Positions 8,277-15,801 of a DNA stretch of 34,067 nt are shown in pieces; within the stretch, counting starts at the first letter, position 1, and each line of letters starts with the position of its first letter. Origin of the DNA: a virus (taxonomy: Duplodnaviria; Caudoviricetes); IMG/VR virus record IMGVR_UViG_3300037511_000448, positions 1 through 34,067 of that record; one strand, written 5' to 3'. The notes under the pieces were generated by a model. That model was not told the origin of the DNA. It ran no database searches and worked only from the letters and a program-made list of their open reading frames with translations. A program made the position numbers and the translations under genes.

Positions 8277-8732
8277 ATGAAAGAAAAAACTTGGTTAACC
8301 TGTCGAGAGATTGCAGAGATGCTTAATTACTCACAACGACACATTTTGAACCTAATAAAAAAGGGTAAAATCAGTGCCGAGCAGGATGAGAGCGGTGTCT
8401 ATTATGTCGATAAATCCGAATTTTTTCGCGCTTACCCCGATGCAATGCGAATGGAAATGGATAGAACTGATGCGAAATCATCTAGAAATATTTCTATAAA
8501 GAGCCTAGAACAGAAAATTAGCCACCTGCAAGAGATGCTTGAAGAAAAAAAGAAACAAAATGCGTTTTTGACTGAGCAATTATCTACCTGTACGCAAGAA
8601 AAATACAAAATGCTGGATGCTATTAATAGTCATGCGCGCCTTCTTGAATTTAAAGAAACAAGCCCCCAAAAGCCCCCTGCTTCATCAAATGAAAAAAAAG
8701 GATTAAATTGGTGGCCATTTAAAAAATGGTAA
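8277..8732 (+). CDS. HTH + coiled-coil DNA-binding protein (plasmid replication/partition-associated type)
   Basis: MerR/Xis-like HTH (LTCREIAEMLNYS..I..LIKKGKISA; YYVDKSEFFR), then a long coiled coil and a WWPF tail. Confidence 0.75.
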   Translation: MKEKTWLTCREIAEMLNYSQRHILNLIKKGKISAEQDESGVYYVDKSEFFRAYPDAMRMEMDRTDAKSSRNISIKSLEQKISHLQEMLEEKKKQNAFLTEQLSTCTQEKYKMLDAINSHARLLEFKETSPQKPPASSNEKKGLNWWPFKKW

Positions 8733-8768
8733 AGGGGTCCGGCGATACAATGCAGAACGGGAACACTG

Positions 8769-9035
8769 TTACTCATAGATCTCTTTTCTATGACCCACTT
8801 CAAGAACCAAAATAGTAATATCTTCATCCTGAATTCTGCAAATTATTCTATAATCCTCTACCCGATAACGCCATAATCCTGACCTGTCAAATGACAAGCC
8901 TTTTCCTATATCGCGCGGATTGTTAAGAGGGCTTATTTTTTTGTCCATATAATCAACTATTTTTTTAGCAACAGACTTGTTCATTTTCTTTAATTGCTTT
9001 CTTGTAACGTCGTTATAATTAATCGTCCAAGCCAA
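8769..9035 (-). CDS. relE: RelE/StbE family toxin
   Basis: WRYRVEDYRIIC and VGHRKEIY motifs; overlaps the upstream antitoxin. Confidence 0.93.
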   Translation of the reverse strand: MAWTINYNDVTRKQLKKMNKSVAKKIVDYMDKKISPLNNPRDIGKGLSFDRSGLWRYRVEDYRIICRIQDEDITILVLEVGHRKEIYE

Positions 9036-9234
9036 GTTCTTTCCTTATTTGTGCTGCGGAGTAAATTTTTTTTGTGTTCTTTAGAGCATCTATACCCACA
9101 TAGTAATCATTTAAATCTTCTAAGTAATGCTTAATGGCTTCCCTTACTATAAAGCTTTTTGAACGCCGTGCCTTTTTAGCAGTTTCCGCTAATTCATGCT
9201 CAAGTTCATCCGACAATCTAATAGCCATAGACAT
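9019..9234 (-). CDS. relB: Ribbon-helix-helix antitoxin (RelB/StbD-like)
   Basis: AIRLSDELE..L...A....RSKSFIVREAI..YLEDL.D RHH pattern; upstream of the toxin. Confidence 0.88.
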   Translation of the reverse strand: MSMAIRLSDELEHELAETAKKARRSKSFIVREAIKHYLEDLNDYYVGIDALKNTKKIYSAAQIRKELGLDD

Positions 9235-9326
9235 AATAATCTCCTGGTAACTTCACTTGTTATTATTATACACTATTATACAGAGTTATGCATAAGTGTT
9301 AGCAGGAAGGAATGATTTAAACACAT

Positions 9327-9602
9327 TTAAATGAATGAGCTATCAATCCTAGAACCTAGAACCCCAATAAAAGCCCCTAAACTCCAAAAAAAGTTAGTGC
9401 GTATATCCGCTCCAAGTTCAGTACGCACGTCTTTTATTTCATCCTTTAACTCATTTCGAAGTTTTTTTATTTCTTGATCTACCTTATCGAATCTTCCTTC
9501 CAATCTATTCATCGTATCATTAATAGTTTTTATAATATTTTCTACAACCGTTATTCGGTTATCAAAATTATGCATATCGGTAGTCATATCATTAGTCAAC
9601 AT
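9327..9602 (-). CDS. Coiled-coil protein with C-terminal membrane anchor (DUF1640/Bdr-like); C-terminus apparently frameshifted
   Basis: Heptad repeats RFDKVDQEIKKLRNELKDEIKDVRTEL followed by FFWSLGAFIGVL; 7-bp duplication at 9348-9361. Confidence 0.65.
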   Translation of the reverse strand: MLTNDMTTDMHNFDNRITVVENIIKTINDTMNRLEGRFDKVDQEIKKLRNELKDEIKDVRTELGADIRTNFFWSLGAFIGVLGSRIDSSFI

Positions 9603-9628
9603 GGTTATTCGCCCTTTCTTAGTATAGT

Positions 9629-9832
9629 TTATTTTTGTAAGCGTGCTTCCATTGCCTCTTTATCAATATCAATGGGCATATTAGCGCCAGTAATTTGATT
9701 AATTTTTAATTGTTGTTTTAATGGAATAAAGTTCTGTTTTTTCCAGCGAACCATATTTGTATGGGCAATCCCCAGTTGATTGCATAAATCATAACCACTA
9801 TTAAAGTACTTTAATGCTTCTTCGATTGTCAT
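9629..9832 (-). CDS. Cro/YdaS-like HTH regulator (copy B)
   Basis: MTIEEALKYFNSGYDLC..LGI......W....FIP..QQ..I...TG; divergent from the early plus-strand operon. Confidence 0.78.
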   Translation of the reverse strand: MTIEEALKYFNSGYDLCNQLGIAHTNMVRWKKQNFIPLKQQLKINQITGANMPIDIDKEAMEARLQK

Positions 9833-9913
9833 TTTCAGCTCATAGGTTTTTTATGTAGCAAGAGTAACATATAACATTTATGAAATATATGTAACAAATA
9901 ATACATTTAACAG

Positions 9914-9941
9914 TTGACACATGTAACACATGTTATATACT
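9914..9941 (+). promoter_or_regulatory. Sigma70-type early promoter with palindromic operator
   Basis: TTGACA (9914-9919), 16-bp spacer, TATACT (9936-9941); the spacer holds the dyad TAACA-CA-TGTTA, with further TAACA half-sites at 9865-9912. Confidence 0.7.
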
Positions 9942-9972
9942 GACCTCATCTAATCAACTAATGAGGTAAACA

Positions 9973-10527
9973 ATGAACGCAGCACGTAAATACGATATAC
10001 TACGCAATCATAATGAGTATGAACTACCCATTTCCAGAAATAATGCCGAAACGATTAAACACGATCCTTTTGGTTTAGGAAATAGTGTCACAGGACTGAC
10101 AAATTTGAATTTTGAAAAGAATCTTTCGAATTATGCGGAAGAGATAGTAGCACATTACGCAAGATATGAACGCGAACAATATGAACTATCTCTATCCGAC
10201 CTGCCTGAACAAGAGCAAAACGAGCTCGCCAGACTATATATTGAATCTATAGACCGTGAAATAGAGTGGGCCTGTTATGGTTCCGACGAATCCATTAATA
10301 GTAATTATCTATGCGCCCTACTTTCCATGCTAAAGGATGACTGCCAAGAAACCAGAGAAAAATTCGCCGAAGTCACCAGAAAAAATATCATTATTTATTA
10401 CGAAAAATCTTTGCAAAAGCTTCTTGATGAAGCCTGTCTTTATTATCAGCACAGCAAAATGAACGAACAAGGCTACTACGCCCATAGAGATATGGAGCAT
10501 GGCGACTTTTTGTGGAGTGCATTTTAA
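9973..10527 (+). CDS. Hypothetical early protein (184 aa)
   Basis: GAGG SD; first gene of the plus-strand operon. Confidence 0.8.
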   Translation: MNAARKYDILRNHNEYELPISRNNAETIKHDPFGLGNSVTGLTNLNFEKNLSNYAEEIVAHYARYEREQYELSLSDLPEQEQNELARLYIESIDREIEWACYGSDESINSNYLCALLSMLKDDCQETREKFAEVTRKNIIIYYEKSLQKLLDEACLYYQHSKMNEQGYYAHRDMEHGDFLWSAF

Positions 10528-10733
10528 TGATTGAAAAATACAGGGACTACGCATTTGAGATTTACTGTGCACCTAATAGACCAACACATTGGACCTATAA
10601 AATATACACGATTCATTATAAATCCAGGAAACAAATGACATTAATAGAATCTGACGAAAAGTTTGACTCAGAAGCAGAGGCCAGAATGGCTGCAATAGGC
10701 CATATCCACTTAATAGAAAAAGGAGAAGTATGA
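10527..10733 (+). CDS. Hypothetical protein (68 aa)
   Basis: TAATG overlap with the previous gene supports a start at 10527. Confidence 0.65.
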   Translation: MIEKYRDYAFEIYCAPNRPTHWTYKIYTIHYKSRKQMTLIESDEKFDSEAEARMAAIGHIHLIEKGEV

Positions 10734-10906
10734 TGTGTATGCGTGACTATATAACACCTAAAGAACGTTTAAATTTTCCTAAGCCACGATTCTTTTGGCT
10801 TAAATGGAGATAACCGCCTTATGCGTCTTCCGACCAGGGCGCATTTGGAGTTTATTTCAGCACTTAAATGGGCATATTTTTAATTTATAAGCTAGGAGTT
10901 GTAAAA

Positions 10907-11752
10907 ATGGCGTTAAAAGCAAAAAAACCGGCAATGATTGAGTCCAGACTTAAAGCCTTATTTTATGGTAATGCCGGTGTCGGTAAAACGATGGCCGCAA
11001 TCCAGTTTCCTAAGCCATACATAATTGATACCGAAGGCTCTACCAATAAACCTCAATATGTCAAAGCTATTGAAAAAGTAGACGGTGCGGTACTTATGAC
11101 GGTTGATTTTGATGAAATGGTAAATGAGGTTCGGGAGCTTTTAACCACCCAGCATGAATACAAAACGCTGGTCATTGATTCATTAACGCTGCTCTATAAC
11201 GACCTTTTAGAGAAGGCAGAGCGCAAGGTTGGTACAGACTTCGGTAGGCATTATGGAGAAGCAAATAAGCGAATGAAGCAGCTTTTAAATCTATTATTTC
11301 GTCTAGATATGAATGTAATAATCACTTCGCATAGCAAAAACGAGTATGGACAAAACTTAGCTATATTAGGCCAAACCTTTGATTGTTACAAGAAGCTCGA
11401 TTATCTTTTTGATTTAGTTTTTGAAATTCAAAAGCGCGGCACTCACCGTGTAGGTTTAGTTAAAAAATCACGTATAGAATACTTTCCCGATGGCGAAAGC
11501 TTCCCTTTCTCTTATGAGGAAATAGCCAACAAATATGGGCGAGAAGTGCTTGAAAGAGATGCTGTTGCGCAAGAATTAGCAACTCCTGAGCAATTAAAAG
11601 AAATTGAGCGATTAATTGATTTGCTCAAAGTTCCAGAAGAAACTTATCATAAGTGGCTGGATAAGGCTAGCTCAGAAAGCTGGGCAGATATGCAAAAAGA
11701 ATCTCTGCAAAAATGCATTGACCATTTAAAATCTAAAATTTCAGGAGAATAA
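10907..11752 (+). CDS. AAA_24 / Sak4-like phage ATPase (recombination-associated)
   Basis: Walker A YGNAGVGKT, IDTEG, Walker B TLVIDSLT and ITSH; AGGAG SD before the ATG at 10907. Confidence 0.85.
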   Translation: MALKAKKPAMIESRLKALFYGNAGVGKTMAAIQFPKPYIIDTEGSTNKPQYVKAIEKVDGAVLMTVDFDEMVNEVRELLTTQHEYKTLVIDSLTLLYNDLLEKAERKVGTDFGRHYGEANKRMKQLLNLLFRLDMNVIITSHSKNEYGQNLAILGQTFDCYKKLDYLFDLVFEIQKRGTHRVGLVKKSRIEYFPDGESFPFSYEEIANKYGREVLERDAVAQELATPEQLKEIERLIDLLKVPEETYHKWLDKASSESWADMQKESLQKCIDHLKSKISGE

Positions 11753-11757
11753 TAGCT

Positions 11758-12243
11758 ATGTTTCAATACCAAGTAATGTCAGAGCAGGAAGCAATGCAGG
11801 AACGTTTTCAGCTACTAAAAGAAGGTGAATATGATGCAGTAATAACAGCCTCCCAGGATACCATTTCTGCTAATAGTGGGAACCCCATGATGGATATGAC
11901 AGTAAGTGTTTATGATTCCCAAGGAAAAATACATGATATTCGTGATTTTCTGGTGTTTACTAAAGCTATGATGTGGAAAGTGGTGCACTTTGCTAATTCA
12001 GCAGGTCTATTAAAAGAATACGAAGAAGGGAAACTATGTTCACAAAAAGCAATTAATAAGTGTGTTCGCGTTAAAGTTGTGGTCGAAGGCGGTAGCAACA
12101 TTCCTGAAGATAAGTTAAAAGGTAAACCGTTTGGCTCTAAATATCCTGATAAAAATAAAATAGAGGACTATATAAAGAAGGAAGACCAGAAAGCATTAGA
12201 AAACAGCGCTAATACCCTAATGTCTGACAACATCCCTTTTTAA
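11758..12243 (+). CDS. DUF669-like / SSB-like protein
   Basis: LKEGEYDAVIT...SANSGNPMM motif and C-terminal DNIPF tail; typical partner of Sak4-like ATPases. Confidence 0.75.
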   Translation: MFQYQVMSEQEAMQERFQLLKEGEYDAVITASQDTISANSGNPMMDMTVSVYDSQGKIHDIRDFLVFTKAMMWKVVHFANSAGLLKEYEEGKLCSQKAINKCVRVKVVVEGGSNIPEDKLKGKPFGSKYPDKNKIEDYIKKEDQKALENSANTLMSDNIPF

Positions 12244-12255
12244 TGCTGTTATAAA

Positions 12256-12450
12256 TTATTTTAATGTTGATATGTCTATAGCTGGTGTCTCTATGCTTTG
12301 TTGGGATATCAGCAATTCTATGAACTTATCATAAAATGCTTTTCGCTGGTCTTTCTTATGATTGAAGCTCCAATCATAGCCCATTTGGATATCGAGGGAA
12401 TCCTTTAATACTTGCATTAAGAACAATAATTGTTCACCGGTCATTTTCAT
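12256..12450 (-). CDS. Hypothetical protein (64 aa)
   Basis: Likely start MKMTGEQ at 12450; divergent from the resolvase. Confidence 0.45.
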   Translation of the reverse strand: MKMTGEQLLFLMQVLKDSLDIQMGYDWSFNHKKDQRKAFYDKFIELLISQQSIETPAIDISTLK

Positions 12451-12499
12451 ATTAATCCAATATTTTTTAGATTGCATCGGCATTTTTTTAAAATTCTTG

Positions 12500-12610
12500 A
12501 GTATGTAGAAAAGGTACACCCTACAAGAATTAATGTTTTGTAATTATTCGTGGTGTAGTTAAGGTCAAATACCCATTTTAGTTGACAATGTATAGCAAGG
12601 TCATATAATC
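12500..12610 (+). promoter_or_regulatory. Putative res site overlapping the resolvase promoter
   Basis: Motif TGTA-N3/4-AAGGT at 12504, 12554 and 12589; consensus TTGACA (12582), 16-bp spacer, TATAAT (12604). Confidence 0.65.
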
Positions 12611-12666
12611 GCAATACATGGCAGGATGCTCTTTTTAACTTGGATGTTGTAACCCAAGGGAATAAA

Positions 12667-13251
12667 ATGGCCCATCAAAATATCGGATATATTCGCGTTT
12701 CATCAGCAGACCAAAATGCAGACAGACAACTGGTAGACCTTCAGCTAAACAAAACATTCACAGACCAAATTACAGGAAGTATAAAGGACAGACCAAAACT
12801 TAATGAGTGTATAGATTACATCCGTCATGGTGATACCTTATATGTTCACAGTATAGATAGGTTGGCGCGAAACTTACTTGACCTACAAGAAATCATTCAA
12901 ACCATCATACAAAAAGGCGTCATTCTTAAATTTGTAAAAGAAAATCTTGTTTTTACTTCCATTAATGACCCCATGGCGACCTTAACACTACAAATTATGG
13001 GTGCGTTTGCTGAATTTGAGCGAACCATGATTAGGACAAGGCAACGAGAGGGAATTAATGCTGCCAAAAAAGCAGGAAAACACTTGGGAAGACCTCATAA
13101 AATTGATAATAAATTTAGAAAAATTGTCAAAGAAAAGCTCGAGAATTGTCAATCTATTCGCTCTATAGCCAAAGACATGAGCGTTTCACGCGCAACAATT
13201 TACAAAGCCATCGAGCAATTAAAAAGCCAAACAACAGAAAGGAACGACTAA
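12667..13251 (+). CDS. Small serine recombinase (resolvase/invertase family)
   Basis: GYIRVSS..Q catalytic motif, DRLAR, FAEFER, G...GRP and C-terminal HTH; 194 aa, too short for a large serine integrase. Confidence 0.95.
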   Translation: MAHQNIGYIRVSSADQNADRQLVDLQLNKTFTDQITGSIKDRPKLNECIDYIRHGDTLYVHSIDRLARNLLDLQEIIQTIIQKGVILKFVKENLVFTSINDPMATLTLQIMGAFAEFERTMIRTRQREGINAAKKAGKHLGRPHKIDNKFRKIVKEKLENCQSIRSIAKDMSVSRATIYKAIEQLKSQTTERND

Positions 13252-13358
13252 TTCCTTATTTCACTTATGCTAGACCATATTGTTGAGCCCAACAAAATGG
13301 TTCTTGCTTCTCAGATCATCATTTTGTACTATGCAACTTTTTAAGTGAGATTAACCAA

Positions 13359-13496
13359 TTGAGATTTTACGTTGATGGTTATGAACTGGATGTTCAGGAC
13401 CCAACTTTCTTTATGGACGACGAGGAGTATAAACAAATTAATGAAACTATAGACGAGATGTTGAATACCTATGCTGACGTACAAATGGCTCAATAG
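13359..13496 (+). CDS. Possible small acidic protein (45 aa, TTG start)
   Basis: Hand-translated open frame LRFYVDGYELDVQDP...VQMAQ overlapping the WGR gene start; weak SD. Confidence 0.35.
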   Translation: MRFYVDGYELDVQDPTFFMDDEEYKQINETIDEMLNTYADVQMAQ

Positions 13497-13713
13497 AGCA
13501 AAAGACAGATTCTATCAAATAGTGGTCATCAAGAATGAAGCTCATGGGATGGTACTGAATTATCATTGGGGTTCATGCAATACCAATAGAGGTGGTAAGA
13601 AGGAAATATCCGTATGCTCCCAAGAAGAAGCGCAAAAAACAATTGATAAACTGATGAAAAGGCGTAAAGCCCGTGGCTATGAACTTATTATAAATGCTTA
13701 CAATCAAGCATAA
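13471..13713 (+). CDS. WGR-domain protein
   Basis: RFYQI...WG......G......EEA......KRRKARGY pattern. Confidence 0.8.
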   Translation: MLTYKWLNRAKDRFYQIVVIKNEAHGMVLNYHWGSCNTNRGGKKEISVCSQEEAQKTIDKLMKRRKARGYELIINAYNQA

Positions 13714-13740
13714 TTAAAATAAATCCATTAAGGGAAGAGT

Positions 13741-14007
13741 ATGAAAATTTCGCAGGAAGCACTCAGTTTAGTTAATGGAGAAAGAAAAAACGAATACGGA
13801 AATATTAATGAATCATTTATGCGTATTTCTTCACTATGGTCCGCTTACCTAGGGTGTAATATAGATAAATTTGATGTAGCAAAAATGATGATGCTTTTAA
13901 AAATATCTAGAGCAAAAAACAATAATCATAGAGATAGTTATGTAGACATTGTTGGGTATATAGAATGTATAGACCAAATGCTAGAAGACGCTAAAGAAAA
14001 TATATAG
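13741..14007 (+). CDS. DUF6378-like phage protein
   Basis: GER...YG....F.RI..LWSAYL, MMLLKISR and DSYVDIVGY motifs. Confidence 0.75.
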   Translation: MKISQEALSLVNGERKNEYGNINESFMRISSLWSAYLGCNIDKFDVAKMMMLLKISRAKNNNHRDSYVDIVGYIECIDQMLEDAKENI

Positions 14008-14027
14008 CAAAACATAAGGATGTAAAG

Positions 14028-14195
14028 ATGCAGAAGTCGGATATAGATGCGCTAATCCAAGAACTGGAAGAATTTTATTATATGATAGGTATAGTTCTTT
14101 ATCAATTTAAAAAAAAAAAATCCAGAACAGTTGATCGTAAGGAAGTAATGGAGATAATGATTAAAAGCTATATTAAAGACCACATAAATAGTTAG
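14028..14195 (+). CDS. Hypothetical protein (55 aa) containing an A12 tract
   Basis: Hand translation MQKSDIDALIQELEEF...KDHINS; AAGGA SD. Confidence 0.55.
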   Translation: MQKSDIDALIQELEEFYYMIGIVLYQFKKKKSRTVDRKEVMEIMIKSYIKDHINS

Positions 14196-14289
14196 TAATT
14201 AGATATAATTAATAAGCCTTAGGCAGCGTCTTGCGCATATGATCATCAAGGGTTACTCTGTCGAAGGCTTTTACACAAGGAACAATCCC

Positions 14290-14682
14290 ATGAGTGTGAT
14301 AGATTTATTAAAAAGCCAAAAAGAATCTGAACCATTAAATATTAAACCCGCACTTGAATCCGAATGTGCTATCTTAGGTGCATTATTATTAGACAGCACA
14401 TTATTTGAAAAAGTTAAATACAAATTATGTGCTGTTGATTTCTTTTATCCGAAACATCAAAAAATCTATGAGGCCATGGCTATTCTTGATAAAGCGCATG
14501 GAACATTTGATATACCCATGCTGTTAGATGAACTTGACTATTCCAATATAGTAGACGCTGATTGTCTTTATAATCTAGCTAATAATTGTTGCTCGACCAA
14601 AAATTTACTTTCCCATGCGGATATTGTTTTAGAAAAGTCGGTTCAACGAGGACTGCTGGATGCCAAAGATCAAATCTTCTAG
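14290..14682 (+). CDS. Stand-alone DnaB helicase N-terminal domain protein (130 aa)
   Basis: E.AILGALLLD...DFFYPKHQKIYEAM...IVLEKS..R.L matches DnaB-N; no RecA-like ATPase domain follows. Confidence 0.85.
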   Translation: MSVIDLLKSQKESEPLNIKPALESECAILGALLLDSTLFEKVKYKLCAVDFFYPKHQKIYEAMAILDKAHGTFDIPMLLDELDYSNIVDADCLYNLANNCCSTKNLLSHADIVLEKSVQRGLLDAKDQIF

Positions 14683-14914
14683 GCTATGTACGATGCTCGG
14701 CTGCACCAAAAAACATGCGGCAAAAGGTTATTGTTCTGTCCATTATATGCGATGGCATAAGTATGACGATCCTTATTATACGAAGCGCATCCCACTTCCA
14801 AAAGGATACTGGTTTGGAACCACATGCTTACTTCAATGCGAAAACAATGTATTGGCAAAAGGACTATGTCCTATACATTATGCTAGAGTCCATAGATTGA
14901 AAATGAAAAATTGA
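14660..14914 (+). CDS. Tandem Cys/His (zinc-finger-like) repeat protein
   Basis: Two copies of C-x3/4-C-x5-AKG-x-C-x2-HY-x-R. Confidence 0.7.
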   Translation: MPKIKSSRLCTMLGCTKKHAAKGYCSVHYMRWHKYDDPYYTKRIPLPKGYWFGTTCLLQCENNVLAKGLCPIHYARVHRLKMKN

Positions 14915-15060
14915 ATGTTTAAAAAAATACATCAGACTTAATCTAAGTGGAATGGATTTTTCGTGTAGATATAAAAATAAAAAAAGAAAACATATTGTCC
15001 GACGTGTACTATATCTCCTTATTTTGGGAAAACATTACTCCAATTTAGACTGGCCTGGCA

Positions 15061-15243
15061 TTAAATTTCCATCTTCTCTACTTCTTCAATGGGCACGACA
15101 TGCTTCATGAGATATTTTAATTGGGCACGTATTGTACTCAAACTACGCTGAACCGCCTTATTTTCATCTATCTGTCGTTGATGGTGTTCCCATAACATTT
15201 CAAATCGTTCATCCTTTATGCTTGTATCTACTGATACTTTCAT
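15061..15243 (-). CDS. Hypothetical coiled-coil protein (60 aa)
   Basis: Start overlaps the lysozyme stop. Confidence 0.6.
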   Translation of the reverse strand: MKVSVDTSIKDERFEMLWEHHQRQIDENKAVQRSLSTIRAQLKYLMKHVVPIEEVEKMEI

Positions 15244-15656
15244 TATTTTCCATTCCTAATCATAGTAGCTATATCTTTAGCACGGGAAGGCACTTGTTCT
15301 GCCCATTTACTTTCTAGCGCCTCTAATGCAGCTTGTGTATAATTTTTATTAATAAGCGCCATTATCATTTTCTGAAATTTCAAAAGACGGCTAAGTCCCA
15401 TATTGAAATTCATATTTATTAATGCCTGCTTTACCCCTTGAGGCTGAATTCTATACCATTCATAATTCTCTAATTCTTTTGCAGCCAAGTTTATATCATT
15501 ATCAAACATATATTCCGCTTCTTGAAGGGAGATTCCTTTATCAGATAAATTACGCCCATAACCAATAGTCCATTTATTAACTGAGTCAAGATACGGGCGA
15601 AGTTTAATGCCTTCGCCTTTTTTAATCCATTGCTTTAATTCTTCATCTACTACCAT
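15243..15656 (-). CDS. Endolysin, GH24 (T4-type) lysozyme
   Basis: Catalytic E-x8-D-x5-T (GEGIKLRPYLDSVNKWTIGYG), ALINMNFNMG and SKWAEQVPSRA. Confidence 0.92.
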   Translation of the reverse strand: MVVDEELKQWIKKGEGIKLRPYLDSVNKWTIGYGRNLSDKGISLQEAEYMFDNDINLAAKELENYEWYRIQPQGVKQALINMNFNMGLSRLLKFQKMIMALINKNYTQAALEALESKWAEQVPSRAKDIATMIRNGK

Positions 15657-15665
15657 GTAAAATCC

Positions 15666-15800
15666 TTATTTCTTTTTCTTAGACTTCCCTGCTTCCGAAT
15701 AGGCAATAGCTATGGACTGTTTCTGAGCGCGTCCAGAACGTTGCAGCTCAGCGATATTCTCAGAAATAACCTTCTTAGATTTTCCTTTCTTTAAGGGCAT
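15666..15800 (-). CDS. Small basic protein (44 aa, [19 protein letters not shown]...[14 protein letters not shown])
   Basis: Hand translation; AGGAAG SD; motif familiar from P22-like virion gene blocks. Confidence 0.8.
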   Translation of the reverse strand: MPLKKGKSKKVISENIAELQRSGRAQKQSIAIAYSEAGKSKKKK

Positions 15801-15801
15801 A

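Noticed and set aside
12667-13251. Serine recombinase as phage integrase or tail-fibre invertase
   Set aside because: Only 194 aa with a C-terminal HTH, lacking recombinase and zinc-ribbon domains; far from the tail genes, which are all co-oriented with no inverted crossover sites seen.
14586-14900. 104-aa ORF as a frameshifted continuation of DnaB
   Set aside because: No Walker motifs or helicase-like sequence; the overlapping 84-aa frame with a clear Cys/His repeat is the better gene call.
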